From: Stylophora pistillata
Taxonomy: Eukaryota
Assembly (NCBI RefSeq): GCF_002571385.2
Contig: NW_019218142.1
Coordinates: forward strand, 102,209-166,208
Length of the DNA: 64,000 nucleotides
Direction: 5' to 3'
The position numbers were made by a program, and so were the translations under genes. Under the pieces are notes generated by a model. That model searched no databases and was not told where the DNA came from. It saw only the letters and a program-made list of their open reading frames with translations. Positions 1 through 11,033 of the stretch are shown here, in pieces. The number at the start of each line of letters is the position of its first letter. The stretch's first letter is position 1.

Positions 1-283
1 GCAGCAAAGTTCACGCTATTTTACGTGAAACGTGAAAGGGAAAGCTCCATGTTTGCCGTTTCACGTAAACATGGTGCCAAATCTCTCTGCAATATTACAT
101 CTCACAAATATGGTCAATCAACCATGGATTCATGCATTCCTTTCCTACCACAATCTGATTAAAGATTCGACTATTTCTTTGCTAATAACTTAATTTGTAA
201 ACCAGTGAACAAAGTTGGTGTATTTGCTGATAAGCAATTTTTATTCTCAGTACAGGTTGACTGAATACATGTAATTACCTAAC

Positions 284-3200
284 CTGTAAGAAGGTTTCTT
301 GAGATGACTTTCCATGATTTATGGGGAACAATTTCCTCCCATCTAAAAGCAACACGAACATGATTTCAATTACCAGAGTGTGACTATTCAATCAAAGTTA
401 TATAACATCACAGGCAATCAACGACAACTCATCGTGTTAGAAATTAGTTTCTGTTCAGTTTTGCCGCATATTCCAGCCCCACACTTTGATCATTATACAT
501 ACAGTTCTTTGCAAAAACATCAGATTACCTTTGGGACTATGACTTTGTTTGAGAATAGTTTGGGGTTATACAGAAATCTTTTCTGCGCCCGTCCCAAAAC
601 TTGGAAGCCCAGTTCAATAAAGCTGGTATTAATGAAAATTTGCAAAGTCACTTACCTAGCTCATATAAACAACCATCCTTGTGAACAAGGGAGATGAAAT
701 GAAGATCAACACGCTGGTCTATAGATGGGGTCTGCAAACACAATGCCAAAATCAAAACTGTCTTGGAATTTGTAATAACGTGATTTTGATTATAATTTGG
801 TGTTAAAAAGCACAAGTAAATTTTTCAAATTGCACAAGCCTATAGAGTGGGTGCAATTCATAGTCTTAAAAGATTTGTAAGCATTTATTTACACCAAACT
901 GCATGAGAATCATGTTCTTACTCGTTAATAATTTATATGAAAAAGCAAGATGAAGTCAAGACAGACTAAACTCTGACAGCATACGTGTGCCAGTTGTAAT
1001 TTGCACTCTGTCTTACAACTTTGCTGTTGCATTGCAACTTTGCACTCCTATTACATGAAATATGCACTTGTTTTCAGCCAATCAGATGTGCATAGTTTTT
1101 CATGTATATTATCAATTATTGTGATAATGCATATCACTTTAAATAATAATAATAATAATAATAATAATAATTGAAATTTATACAGCGTAAATTCCATAAA
1201 CATGATCAAATGCACTTTACATGAAAATAAAGAAAATGTAGGAAAAAATATATATATATGTAAAATTACAATTTTCCTAATGAGATAAGAAATTAAAAAG
1301 CACTAACCAAATGAGATAGAAAATTAAAAAGCACTAAGCTAATGAGATGGAAAATTAAAAGCCCGGGTAAAAAGGTGGGTTTTAAGATTACGTTTCAAAC
1401 TAGAGAAGGAGTGAAGGCCAGTGATGTTACTTGGTAAGTCATTCCAGAGACGTGCTGCAGCATAGGAGAATGCTCTCGCTCCCAATGTGGGTAACATCTT
1501 ACCACTTGGGACCTTCAGCAGAAGTTTTTGATTCGACCTTAGCTCATATTTAGAGGGAATTTTAAAGCTAATAAGCTTACAAATATAGCCGGGTACTATA
1601 CCGTGCAATGCCTTAAAACACAATAAAAGAATCTTAAATTCTATACGGTACCACATTGTAATCAACCGTGTCGAAAGCGCCACTTCAGTCAAATAACACG
1701 ACAAGGTCTGTTTGCTGAGAATTCATGTCAAGTAGAATATTTATCATTTGTCACTTTTAGAAGAGCTGTTTCCGTGCTGTGGTTCCTCCTCTAGGCAGAT
1801 TGTAGAGACGGTTCCTCTTGTAGAAACACAGCTCGTTCGATTACTTTTGAGATGAACGAAAGATTACTCACAGGCCGGTAATTTTTGTAAACAAGATCAA
1901 GATTGGCTTTTTTTAGAATTGGCAGAACAAGACCTTCTTTCCATACTGGAGGAATATATATAGCCGCTTTGAAGTGAAAGATTGATTATTTTAGTTATAA
2001 CTGGTAAAAGAACAGCGATAGATTTAACAAATAAAGGTGTCGGAATTGGTCGAGAGCGCATGATTTCTTGGCCATTCCCATGATGATGTTGTAAACCTCG
2101 TTTTGTGTGAGAGGTTCAAAACAATTAAATGACGACGAACATAAATGTGAGTTCTCTGATGGCTGACAGGTCTCACAATCTCGAATGGTACATTCCTTGA
2201 ATTTAGATCTAATACTGCTAATCTTTTGAACAAAGAAGTTTCCCATCTCATTTGCCAACATAGATCTGTTTTTATGAGGAGGGAAGGGCACATCAGACTG
2301 ATGATTTAACAGCTGTTTTGATGCCTCGAATAACTTTCTTGGATTTCCACTATTTTCTTGGATAAAGCCTAGATAAAAATCGAAGCGCGCCTTTCTCGTT
2401 AAGTCAGTAGCGAAATTACGTGCAGATTTATATCGTATCAAGTCGTCCAAAGATTTGGTGCGGCGCCATTTCCTTTAATTTCTGTTTTCCTCCTTATTCG
2501 CTTTGCCGCTAAAATATCATCATTATACCAAGGTACACGCGGTCTTGTGGCAATTATCTTTCTTTGAAGCGGTGCATGTTTATCTAGAATAGCCCCCAAT
2601 GTGTTGTTGTAGCAATTTACAAGTTCATCCAGCACTCTCGGGGTATTTTGGCAAAGTTCAGAAGCCGTTAAATCTTCGCAAAACGAGTCTAAGTCAATTG
2701 AATTAATTTTTCTGTAAACTCTTTCCTTTGATGTAATTTCTGTTTTGACCATTTGGAGGGTTGTTATGACAGAGGAATGATCCGAAAAAAGATGGTCAAT
2801 AACACGTGATCCCCTGATAATAGAATCTGATGCGCGAGTAATCAGTATTAAGTCAAGTGTGCGACCATGCTCATGTGTTGATTCATCAACGTGTTGGCAA
2901 AGGCCCATCAACTCAAAGAGATCCAACAATCTATTTGCATCGGGGTCGTGAGAGTTGTCGAGGTGAATGTTAAAATCACCAGTTATGACCAAAGGTTCAT
3001 TCGAAATGATTTGAGTTTCCAAAAGTTCCGTAAAGTCCATAAAAAAGGAGTTGGTAGTTACCGGATTCCTAGTTGAGTAAGGCGGACGGTAGAGAATAAC
3101 GAGTCGAAATTTGAGTCCACAAGAGGAAACTATCAGCTCTAAATACTCGAATGAACGAAGTTCCCTTGTTGCAATTGTTTGAACATTTAAATGCTCTTTG

Positions 3201-6200
3201 AAGAGAACTGCTGTTTCTCCACCTCGACGATTTTGACGTGAAAGATCAACAAGCTTGAATCCAGTTGGTGTAAACATTTGCTGCTGTTCCTGATTCAATC
3301 AGTTTTTCAAAATTCAAGTACGAGACCTTTCAGTTGACTTCTTTCTTACCTCAGTCTGCCCTTCCTGAGCAGAAGCTTCATGCGCTTCACTGATATTCTA
3401 CAATAAGATAAAAAATATATTTGATGGCTAAAACTGGAAAGAAATGTTGCATCACGACAACAATTTGCTTGAAACGATGAGTGCATAAACATTGTTTTCC
3501 ATGCTTGTGACCATAATGGTTTTCCTTTACCAAAGAAAGAGAAATTAATCTCATACCTCATCATTTTCCAGCCTTTTTCCTTTTTCATCTGGAGACAGTG
3601 ATTTGGTAGAGTCTATAAATTTCTTAAGAAAGCCATCCTCTGTGAAGAAACAATTAAAGTATTATAGTAATAACATACTGCTTTAAAATGCAAAGCCTTA
3701 CATATCCATGACTGTATTCTGGCTCTCAATCTACATTATTTTATTGTAATACATGCTTTTGCCTTATACTCTATTTATTTCTTTATTATACATTGACTTT
3801 AAAGCAGAATTTCATCCCCTTAACATGAGCATAATGCATAATATATAATTTTCCTATAATTTTCATATAAATATGAATAATTTTCATATAATTTTCATAT
3901 AATTTTCGTAGCACATGCTCGCCAGTTTACCCTAGTTTGAGCACTCTGGCATGGCTTAGACGATACCACAAAGGTTGGGTCGTTTGGGGTGACCGTCTCG
4001 GTTCTCCCCCATCCTAGCATCAGCACTGCACTGATGAGGCCCAGAAGGCCGAAACAGTACTGTCTGCGGTTAGTTAATTTTCATATTAGATATTCTCCAC
4101 ACTTTTCTCTTTACATTTCTTGCAGTGCTGACAAGGAGAATTCATTTGACAATCAAGAGCTACTTAAATCAGTCATTATATAATTCCTTTATTCTCACAA
4201 CTTTTATATTTAATTAAAGAAAGATACAGCGAGGAAAAATTAACAATCACTCTTGACCGGGCTAAAAGGTTTTAATAATGTCTGATGATAGATCATTCAT
4301 TTTCACTTTTATTTATAGCTTCAAAATGTTACTCACCAAACTCAAGTACATCTGTGTTGTTAGCAATGGAATGTATTATAGCCACTGTTCCACATGCATT
4401 TCCAACCGTCTGCTTCATGAAGTACAAATTAGGGCTTACCTCCTGCAGTGGAATGTGCCAATTTTTTTCAGGAAAATTATTCGAGTCTAAATTTGCACAT
4501 CATAATAAAAAGATAAATAGCTCTACCTGGCCATGTTCCTTGACCATCTGTTCTTGCTCTGTCTTGTACTCATAATACTAAGAAAACAAGACAGCAGAAA
4601 AAAAGCCTTCACTGTAGATTTCCTGGTTCAATTTTATCATAGGTTTAATTATTTCCACCCAGTTCAATTTTCTTCTTGTTTTTGTTCTTGTTTCAGATAA
4701 TAAGCAATTATCGAATAAGGTTGTGCACAATATCATGTCAAAACCGAATTCAATATTAAATGTTTAAAAAGATGGCACTTTCTCTCTTAGTTTCTGATAA
4801 ATGCAATATCTGCCACACATATTGGGTTATCAAGTCAATTTCACCCTGAACTGTATATTGATTGAATACTCTTGACCAATCACATTTTTCAATAAAAGTC
4901 TAATGCAAGGGTTGACACTAATGGTAGCCCACTAGCCACAGACAAGTAGAAATTCAGTTTTGGCAGAGGTTTTCGATTTCCACCAACCAGTTTGGCCAGT
5001 AAACAAACTGAAATAGTCATAACATCTAAGATATCACTAGCCACTTGGCTACTAAGTTGAAAAGTTTGTGTCAAGCCTTGTAATTTATCATAAAGAAAGT
5101 CAACTAAAATTCAATCTTACATATGGGTAACCTCAGTTTTAAGTTGACAGCTTTTCCACCAAAACATTTTTTGCTTAATCCATAGCTTTTCTATTTTCAG
5201 AAAGGCAATGGTGGTAAATGGATGGGTATAAAGACACATTTAACCATATACACCCTTGAATAAGTATCCATGTTCTCCATACTCTTCCCTACACTTTTCC
5301 TTTTGTGTCGACAAGGAGAATTTGTTCAACAATCAAAGCTTTGGAAGTCATTTCCTTTAGTCTCATGATCCTAAAGAGTGATTCTGCAGCATTGAGATAT
5401 ATATATATCTCATGAGACGTTTTGTTGTGTAGCATCGCTGAGTATTTTTATGAGCCTGTAGGGCGAGTCAAAATACAAATGAGTAAAAATATCCAGCAAT
5501 ACTACACAACAAAACGTTTCAAAAGAGATTCATAATCCAACATGCCAAATTGTTATTTCAGTGTGGGTGAATATTTAACAATTATTTGCCGAAGGCGAGG
5601 TGAATATTGTCGAATAATCCCCGAGACGAAGTAGAGGGGATTATTCGACAATATTCACCGAACCTGAAGCGAATAATTGTTTTAGTATAATTTCAGAGCT
5701 GAACAACAGAGAAATTTCTAAAATCATAACATTTTAGTAACATTTATTAACATTTTAGTTTAACATTTTATATAAACCGCGCGGAGCAGTTTATATAGCG
5801 TCATATAAGGAACCGCTCGACCAATCAGATTGCTGGAAACTCTTTGCTCAGCTCTGAAATTATACTAATGCCAGATATTTGTATTCATCTCACACATTAT
5901 TTGTACTCTATAAAGCACAATTGGTTAATGAGAGGAGATAATAGATGCTAGTCACTCTTAGGATGTAACCCAGCCTGTAACTCTCAGAAGTGATTAACAT
6001 GTAACTTCTCCCAATAATATCCATACAATATCCAGTAAACAGGTAATGAGAATACTCAATCTTATCAGGTAGAAATTTTCCTCTCGATATAACACCAAAT
6101 TCTTGTAAGTAGCTGTAATTTACACAATTTATAATACAAGGTAAAATCAAGTCAATCAAGGGGAGAATTAACAATCAGAGCTTGGGAGTTAATAGGCTAA

Positions 6201-7368
6201 AAGAGTTAGATGTTACCTTGTCACTCGTTGGAAAGAGAAGAAGCAATGCACATGTCGGCTCAGGTAGCATAGCCAATAACTCAGGATCAAGTCCAAAAAC
6301 ATCAACAAAGCTCCACATTGGCTTCATACCAAGGCCTGTGACAAACTGTTTATAAACAACAATTAAGATAATAATTAAGAATTATTCAAAGAAGTAGAGG
6401 TCAGTCATTGCACCTCACTGAAACTGAAAAAAACTAATTTATTTCTGTCAATATACCAAAAATTGGTCGCAAATTAAACTGCTGATGCACAATTTTGTCT
6501 CTTCAGCTGCTTGGAGGCAAATAGTACTTGTTTGTCACTTCCATACCAGCCAATCAGAACTCAAGAAAAGCATGACTCAACTGTGTGGTACATACTAATT
6601 CCAGTTAGTTAAAGCACACAGTGTTCCTACTTGCAATTACAGGTTCTAACACTGGGGAAGAGCCAGGAAAGATTTCTGTGTGACCCAAATTATTCTATAA
6701 CAGAGTGGCAGTCCCAAAGGCAATGTACTGTTTTTGCTATAATTGTTCTCTTTATCTATGAACTGTAAGCATAATACGTTATATGGCAATCTTGTCTCAA
6801 GCCGATTTATGGCGATGAATTTAGTTTTTCACTCTTTTATTTTTCTACTCACTTAAACAACAACATCGTGACAAATACTATGAAACTGAAATTTTTGACA
6901 GGGATGGGTGAAGATATAAACAATTCTTCATCTCACATAAAATTCATAACCAAGGTGCATAAATGTATTTAAAAACGATGACGTTAATTCGCAAGTTATT
7001 AGAATAATATTTGCACACATAGTTACAACTGATTTGTATGTATATTTAGTGTAGGCAACAACCGTGGAATTTTTCCACGATCGATCGACGCAAGATTTTC
7101 TCGCACTAATAAATATTATCCAGTCAAGTTTCCACATCACTTGAGCTACATCACATAAGGAACTAATTTAAAGTGTACTTACCTTGTTCATAACCTTTGA
7201 AGCAATTTGAATGACAGGAAATCAGGAATTTTGCAAAATGAATGAACAATGCAAAATCAAGTTAATCAAGGGGATCTATTTGCATGATTATGGACAAAAC
7301 ACACATTGGCAACAGACAATAGTTAATCTTACATCCGGATTTGATTCTAAAGGTAGCCATCGAACCAT
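284..7368 (-). CDS. UCHL3: Ubiquitin C-terminal hydrolase, UCH-L3/L1 family (9 exons in window; final exon lies left of position 1)
   Basis: Phase-consistent GT-AG exons: 7368-7333 ([12 protein letters not shown]), 7194-7183 (VMNK), 6345-6217 ([23 protein letters not shown]), 4577-4527, 4442-4337 ([18 protein letters not shown], catalytic Cys), 3639-3557, 3397-3350 ([11 protein letters not shown]), 731-656 ([13 protein letters not shown], catalytic His), 342-284 (DGRK..PINHG). All peptidase C12 motifs are present. Confidence 0.95.
1142..3298 (-). mobile_element. Decayed, 5'-truncated L2/CR1-clade LINE in UCHL3 intron 7
   Basis: APE endonuclease motifs (LYRPP, GDFN, TLDL, SDH) in ORF 2438-3298. 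Frameshifted RT start near 1750-1890 ([23 protein letters not shown]). No central RT core seen. L2-type C-terminus ([35 protein letters not shown]) in ORF 1339-1704, followed by a (TAT)n tail at 1142-1170. Confidence 0.9.
4025..4070 (+). ncRNA. Type I hammerhead ribozyme (intact core) at the 3' end of an ~165-bp retrozyme-like insert (~3907-4073)
   Basis: Stem I ACUGCA (4025-4030) pairs with UGCGGU (4065-4070). Core CUGAUGA at 4031-4037. Stem II GGCC-cagaa-GGCC at 4038-4050. GAAA follows, then a palindromic stem III ACAGUACUGU. GUC cleavage triplet, predicted cut after C4064. Confidence 0.88.
4906..5080. mobile_element. Non-autonomous DNA transposon (hAT-like MITE); same family as 61994-62169
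   Basis: CAAGG/CAGGG-type terminal inverted repeats. The internal sequence matches the reverse complement of 61994-62169. Flanks are taatg/taatt. Confidence 0.65.
5571..5867. repeat. Palindromic interspersed element nested in another repeat
   Basis: Long hairpin aacaattatttgc..ggtgaatattgtcgaataatcccc / ggggattattcgacaatattcacc..gcgaataattgtt at 5578-5681. agtataatttcagagctga (5685) is inverted at ~5849-5867. Confidence 0.6.
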
Positions 7369-7520
7369 TTTTTTGGCGCTCAAAAGTATAACGATGGTTC
7401 TCCTTATTTCTACTTCCTTCTTGTCTGGGAATCTGGAAACTGGGGAAATGAGTCCGCAAGTTTTTTTCAGCAGCCTTACTTCGAAAATACGAAGCATTGT
7501 GGGTAATTTTGCTTTCCAAG
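7369..7520. promoter_or_regulatory. Compact bidirectional promoter between UCHL3 and the PAM17-like gene
   Basis: The divergent ATGs (7368 and 7521) are only 152 bp apart. A YY1/Kozak-like CAAGATGGCGGC overlaps the + strand start. Confidence 0.7.
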
Positions 7521-10357
7521 ATGGCGGCTGGTAGTGTGAGAACTTTTCGTAACTTTTTCAACGGAAAAAGAACTCTAGTCGTTCTCCGTACAGGCTTGAA
7601 ATCCAGTATACCATGTATGGCTATATTGAATCGTCCATATTGTGACAGCTCTCCCGAAAGTGATCCTGATGGCTTGAAAGAACGTTCTCCGACTATTGTG
7701 AGTAGTCCGTTATTCAGCGGTCAGAAAATCACGCCGAAAAGATTCCAGCTATCATTTGAAGAGTTCCAGCAGCTGAGGAGAAAGTTGCGCACAAAGCAGA
7801 AGCTGGCCGGTTTGCCGATTGGTGTGACATTTCTGTTAGCATCGAGCACCATCACTGCTTACATGTTCCCAAATATTTTCGATGCTACTCCGGAGCAGAT
7901 TGAACCGATATTGTATGTTAAGTTTCCTTTAACCCTTTGCAGCCTAATATCAGTATGCATATTCTCCATACTGTTCTCTATTCATTTCTAAACTTCAGAA
8001 TACCCGGCCACTCATTTACATGTCATTGAATAAGAATAGCATCTATTGTGTTATGCTTCATTCTTCAAAGCCTCCCGACACATGTAAATGATGTGGACGG
8101 GTACTCTGAAGTTGCTCCATTTCTTTTGGTACTGACAAGGAGAATTAGGTTACAATCAAAGCGTCTAAGCTTTGCGATCGTTTCCTTTATTCACATGTAA
8201 TTATTTTAATCAATGATTCAGCAGTATTACTGTTAGGAGAATTTAGATGCTGGTCACTCATAGTGTTTAAAGGGTTGAAATACCTTTATGTAAGTAAGAA
8301 CTCATTTTCACTCATCACAGCTCTCTTTTTTCAATTTTTTTTTCTCCATTTCCTAAACCCTTACTTTTTGGGTGTATTTTTCACTTTCCACTCTTAAAGT
8401 TATTTTTTCTCTCCCAGCATTTCTGTTTGGTAAATTCAACTGCCCACAGTGGTTTGTATGGGGCTATAAGTTCAGTGTCTAAAACTGTCAGCTCTATGTG
8501 ATAAACTAACTTGACATCTGAGAAAGGTTGGGAAGTCTGAAGTAAAGTGCTTATAATCTCATTTTCACTCCCCTATTTTTTCATCCAATCACTTCTCATT
8601 CCTGTGTGTCGTTTATTGTCTCTTCATGTGTTTACAGAGGAATGACAAAACTTACGTTACATGCAGAAATTTGGGCAGATCAGTGAATAGAAAGTGGGAA
8701 TGGTAGCAAATGAAACTTGGACCCATTCCATGGTCCCTCAAACCATGGACCCTCAAACTTGGACCCATTCCATGATTAAGCAACTTCTATAGCATACATG
8801 AGAGCAGACCTCTTTACTTGCTCAATAACACAACAAGACCACATTACATATGAAATTAAAGTGTATATTGGAGAGTCATGTTGTTTCCTTTCTATTTTCA
8901 GAGGAATGGACCCAATAATTTTCTGTGGTTTGTGTGGCGTGGCCAGTGCTGGTGTTGGGTTTGCTGCTGGAACTGTGGCATTTAAATCAGTTTGGAGGTT
9001 GTTTAACAAGGACTTGGCCCAAAATATGCAAGAGGTATGTTTCTTTGCTGACCTTTAATTGTAAATTTATAGTTTGCAAGTACTGGTGAAAAAAATTTTT
9101 AACAGGGGAGGTGGTGGACAGGCATTATAAAAGAAGGGAAAAATGATATTGTATCTTCCCATATGTCCCTACCCCTGATCTATCTACTCTTGATCTCAAT
9201 CAAACTGAGACTCCTTCACTGCAGGCTGTAAAACTTTTTTCATTGTTCTCTTATTGTTGAAATATACAGTTGTACATGTTTTAAGGGGCACCATATAAAA
9301 TGGTCACTAGTGGTTTCAAAACAAGCTGGCGACTGCTAGAGTTCCAACGGCTACTTGATTGTATGTGGCCGGCTACTCTGGTCATAACAGTCGGCTTGTG
9401 ACAAACAATCTTGATTATCACAGCCACCTACTTTTCCAGAGTCGGCCTCCTACTTCAAGACATTTTGAAACCCGTGGGTCACCCTTTATGAAGGTGTTGG
9501 TTTTTCAAAGTTGTTCAAAGGGTGGGTGACACTGTTCAACAGATTAATTGCTATCTAGTGGAGGAGTGTGAACAAAATTTATTGCGCTAACCAGCAGATA
9601 GAGATTTCTCCAGTTGATGTAATATTTCAAAAACGAGTGCGAGTGCTTCATCGGGGTTTCCAAACACGAGAAAACTGATCAGTGAAAGCATGAGGCCTAT
9701 GGCCTTGTGCTTTTATTGTTTTTGTGTGTTTGAAAACCCAGATGAAACACGAAGCACGGTTTTTGAAATTGCTTCTCAATCGTGCATCATTAGCCAAGAA
9801 CAATGAAAAAATTCTGACTGATTTTGGCATCAGTGGGGTTTGACATTTTATCAAGCTCTAGGGTTTGATATTTCATCAAATTATAGTGGAAAAGCCTCTG
9901 TCCAGTGTTTCATCGGGGTTTCTAAATACACATGTGGCCAAATTGGCATATCGTGATTGGTTTGTAACGTCATGAATTATTAATGAGTTTGAGAAAGTAT
10001 TATCCATCCTTTGAACAACTGGGGCCAGATAGAGATTTATTCAGTAGATAGCTTTATCCATCTTTTCATCAACTGGGGGCTGAACTTTAGTTGCAACAAT
10101 TTATGTTAAGAAAGAAAAAAATGTTGAGACTTCTTTCTTTTTATCATGTTTTGTAGCGTGAAGCTGATTTCTTGGAAAGGGTAGCAGCCAGAAGAGCTTC
10201 ATCAAACAGTAAATTTGAAGATGACTATTATGGGGAAAGTATTAAGAATGTTAGTGACTACAGGCAGTGGCTAAGAGAGCAACAGAAAAAACAAAATATC
10301 ACGGATAAATACGAAAACAAGGAACAATCTAAAGAACTTAAAACAGAAGCTGCTTGA
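7521..10357 (+). CDS. PAM17: Pam17-family presequence translocase-associated motor subunit, 241 aa, 3 exons (7521-7912, 8902-9034, 10157-10357)
   Basis: Phase-consistent GT-AG splicing, 726 nt. The first 41 residues are acid-free and Arg-rich, ending RPYC (presequence-like). Then LSFEEFQQLRRK, TM1, ILGMDPII, a Gly-rich TM2, READFLERV and DYYGESIKNVSDYRQWLREQ, which match the recalled fungal Pam17 signature (GLDP..; DYYGEKI.S..DYRQWLRDQ). Confidence 0.85.
7929..8278. mobile_element. TTAA-flanked (piggyBac-like) MITE with a nested small TIR element (~7991-8113)
   Basis: Termini are ttaaCCCTT...AAGGGttga. The body (atcagtatgcatattctccatactgttctc..gacaaggagaat) recurs at ~4085, ~5270, ~52520 and elsewhere. 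Nested inverted repeat aacttcagaatacccg..catttacatgt / acatgtaaatg..cgggtactctgaagtt. Confidence 0.6.
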
Positions 10358-11033
10358 ATGACAACAAAAGAATCAGGAAAGTTCTCTGAGAACTGTTGAA
10401 TATCCCCAAAATCATTGACAGATGAATATTCCTCCATTGCCTTCTTTAAGGGAATCCACAAGATAGTCAGTGAGGTGTTCTGTGTAGTTCACCTTTAGAG
10501 TAATTTGTATGACAAGATATTTAGGGCTCCATTGCATGTATGTCATCCAAGGACTTTGTTTGTGACAGTATTTTATTGCTTCAAAAATAAAAAGCACATG
10601 TTTATTGAGGAGAATAATGATGAGGACAAAATGGAGGACTGTACATTATTTCTAAGTTTTTTTTTCCGCAATCCGTTGATAACAGTTGAAAATTGATCTG
10701 CATTGTAGGTTATTATGTTCTGGGTACTATGAATCCAAAAATTACCGACACCGCGTTAAAAAATCAATTTATTTTATTAAACTTTTGCCACTGTGAAATG
10801 TTATTGTAATGTTTGAAGTGTCTGCCTCGTATATTACAAAAATTCATGAATTGTAGATGAAATGATTGTGATAAGCTTCTTCTCACGATGCATGACATCC
10901 AAATAGCCACCAAAAAGTAAGAGTTTTTACATTTTCATTCGCTTACGACAAAATTAAGTTTGTTTTTCTCTCTCTTTTTTTTTTTTTTACAATAATGTGT
11001 GGATACAACTAAACGAAAGTGAGATAAATTACT

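Noticed and set aside
3841-3906. Short ataattttcat repeats and other tandem units as a CRISPR-like array
   Set aside because: Low-complexity slippage repeats in a eukaryotic intron, with no regular spacers or cas genes.
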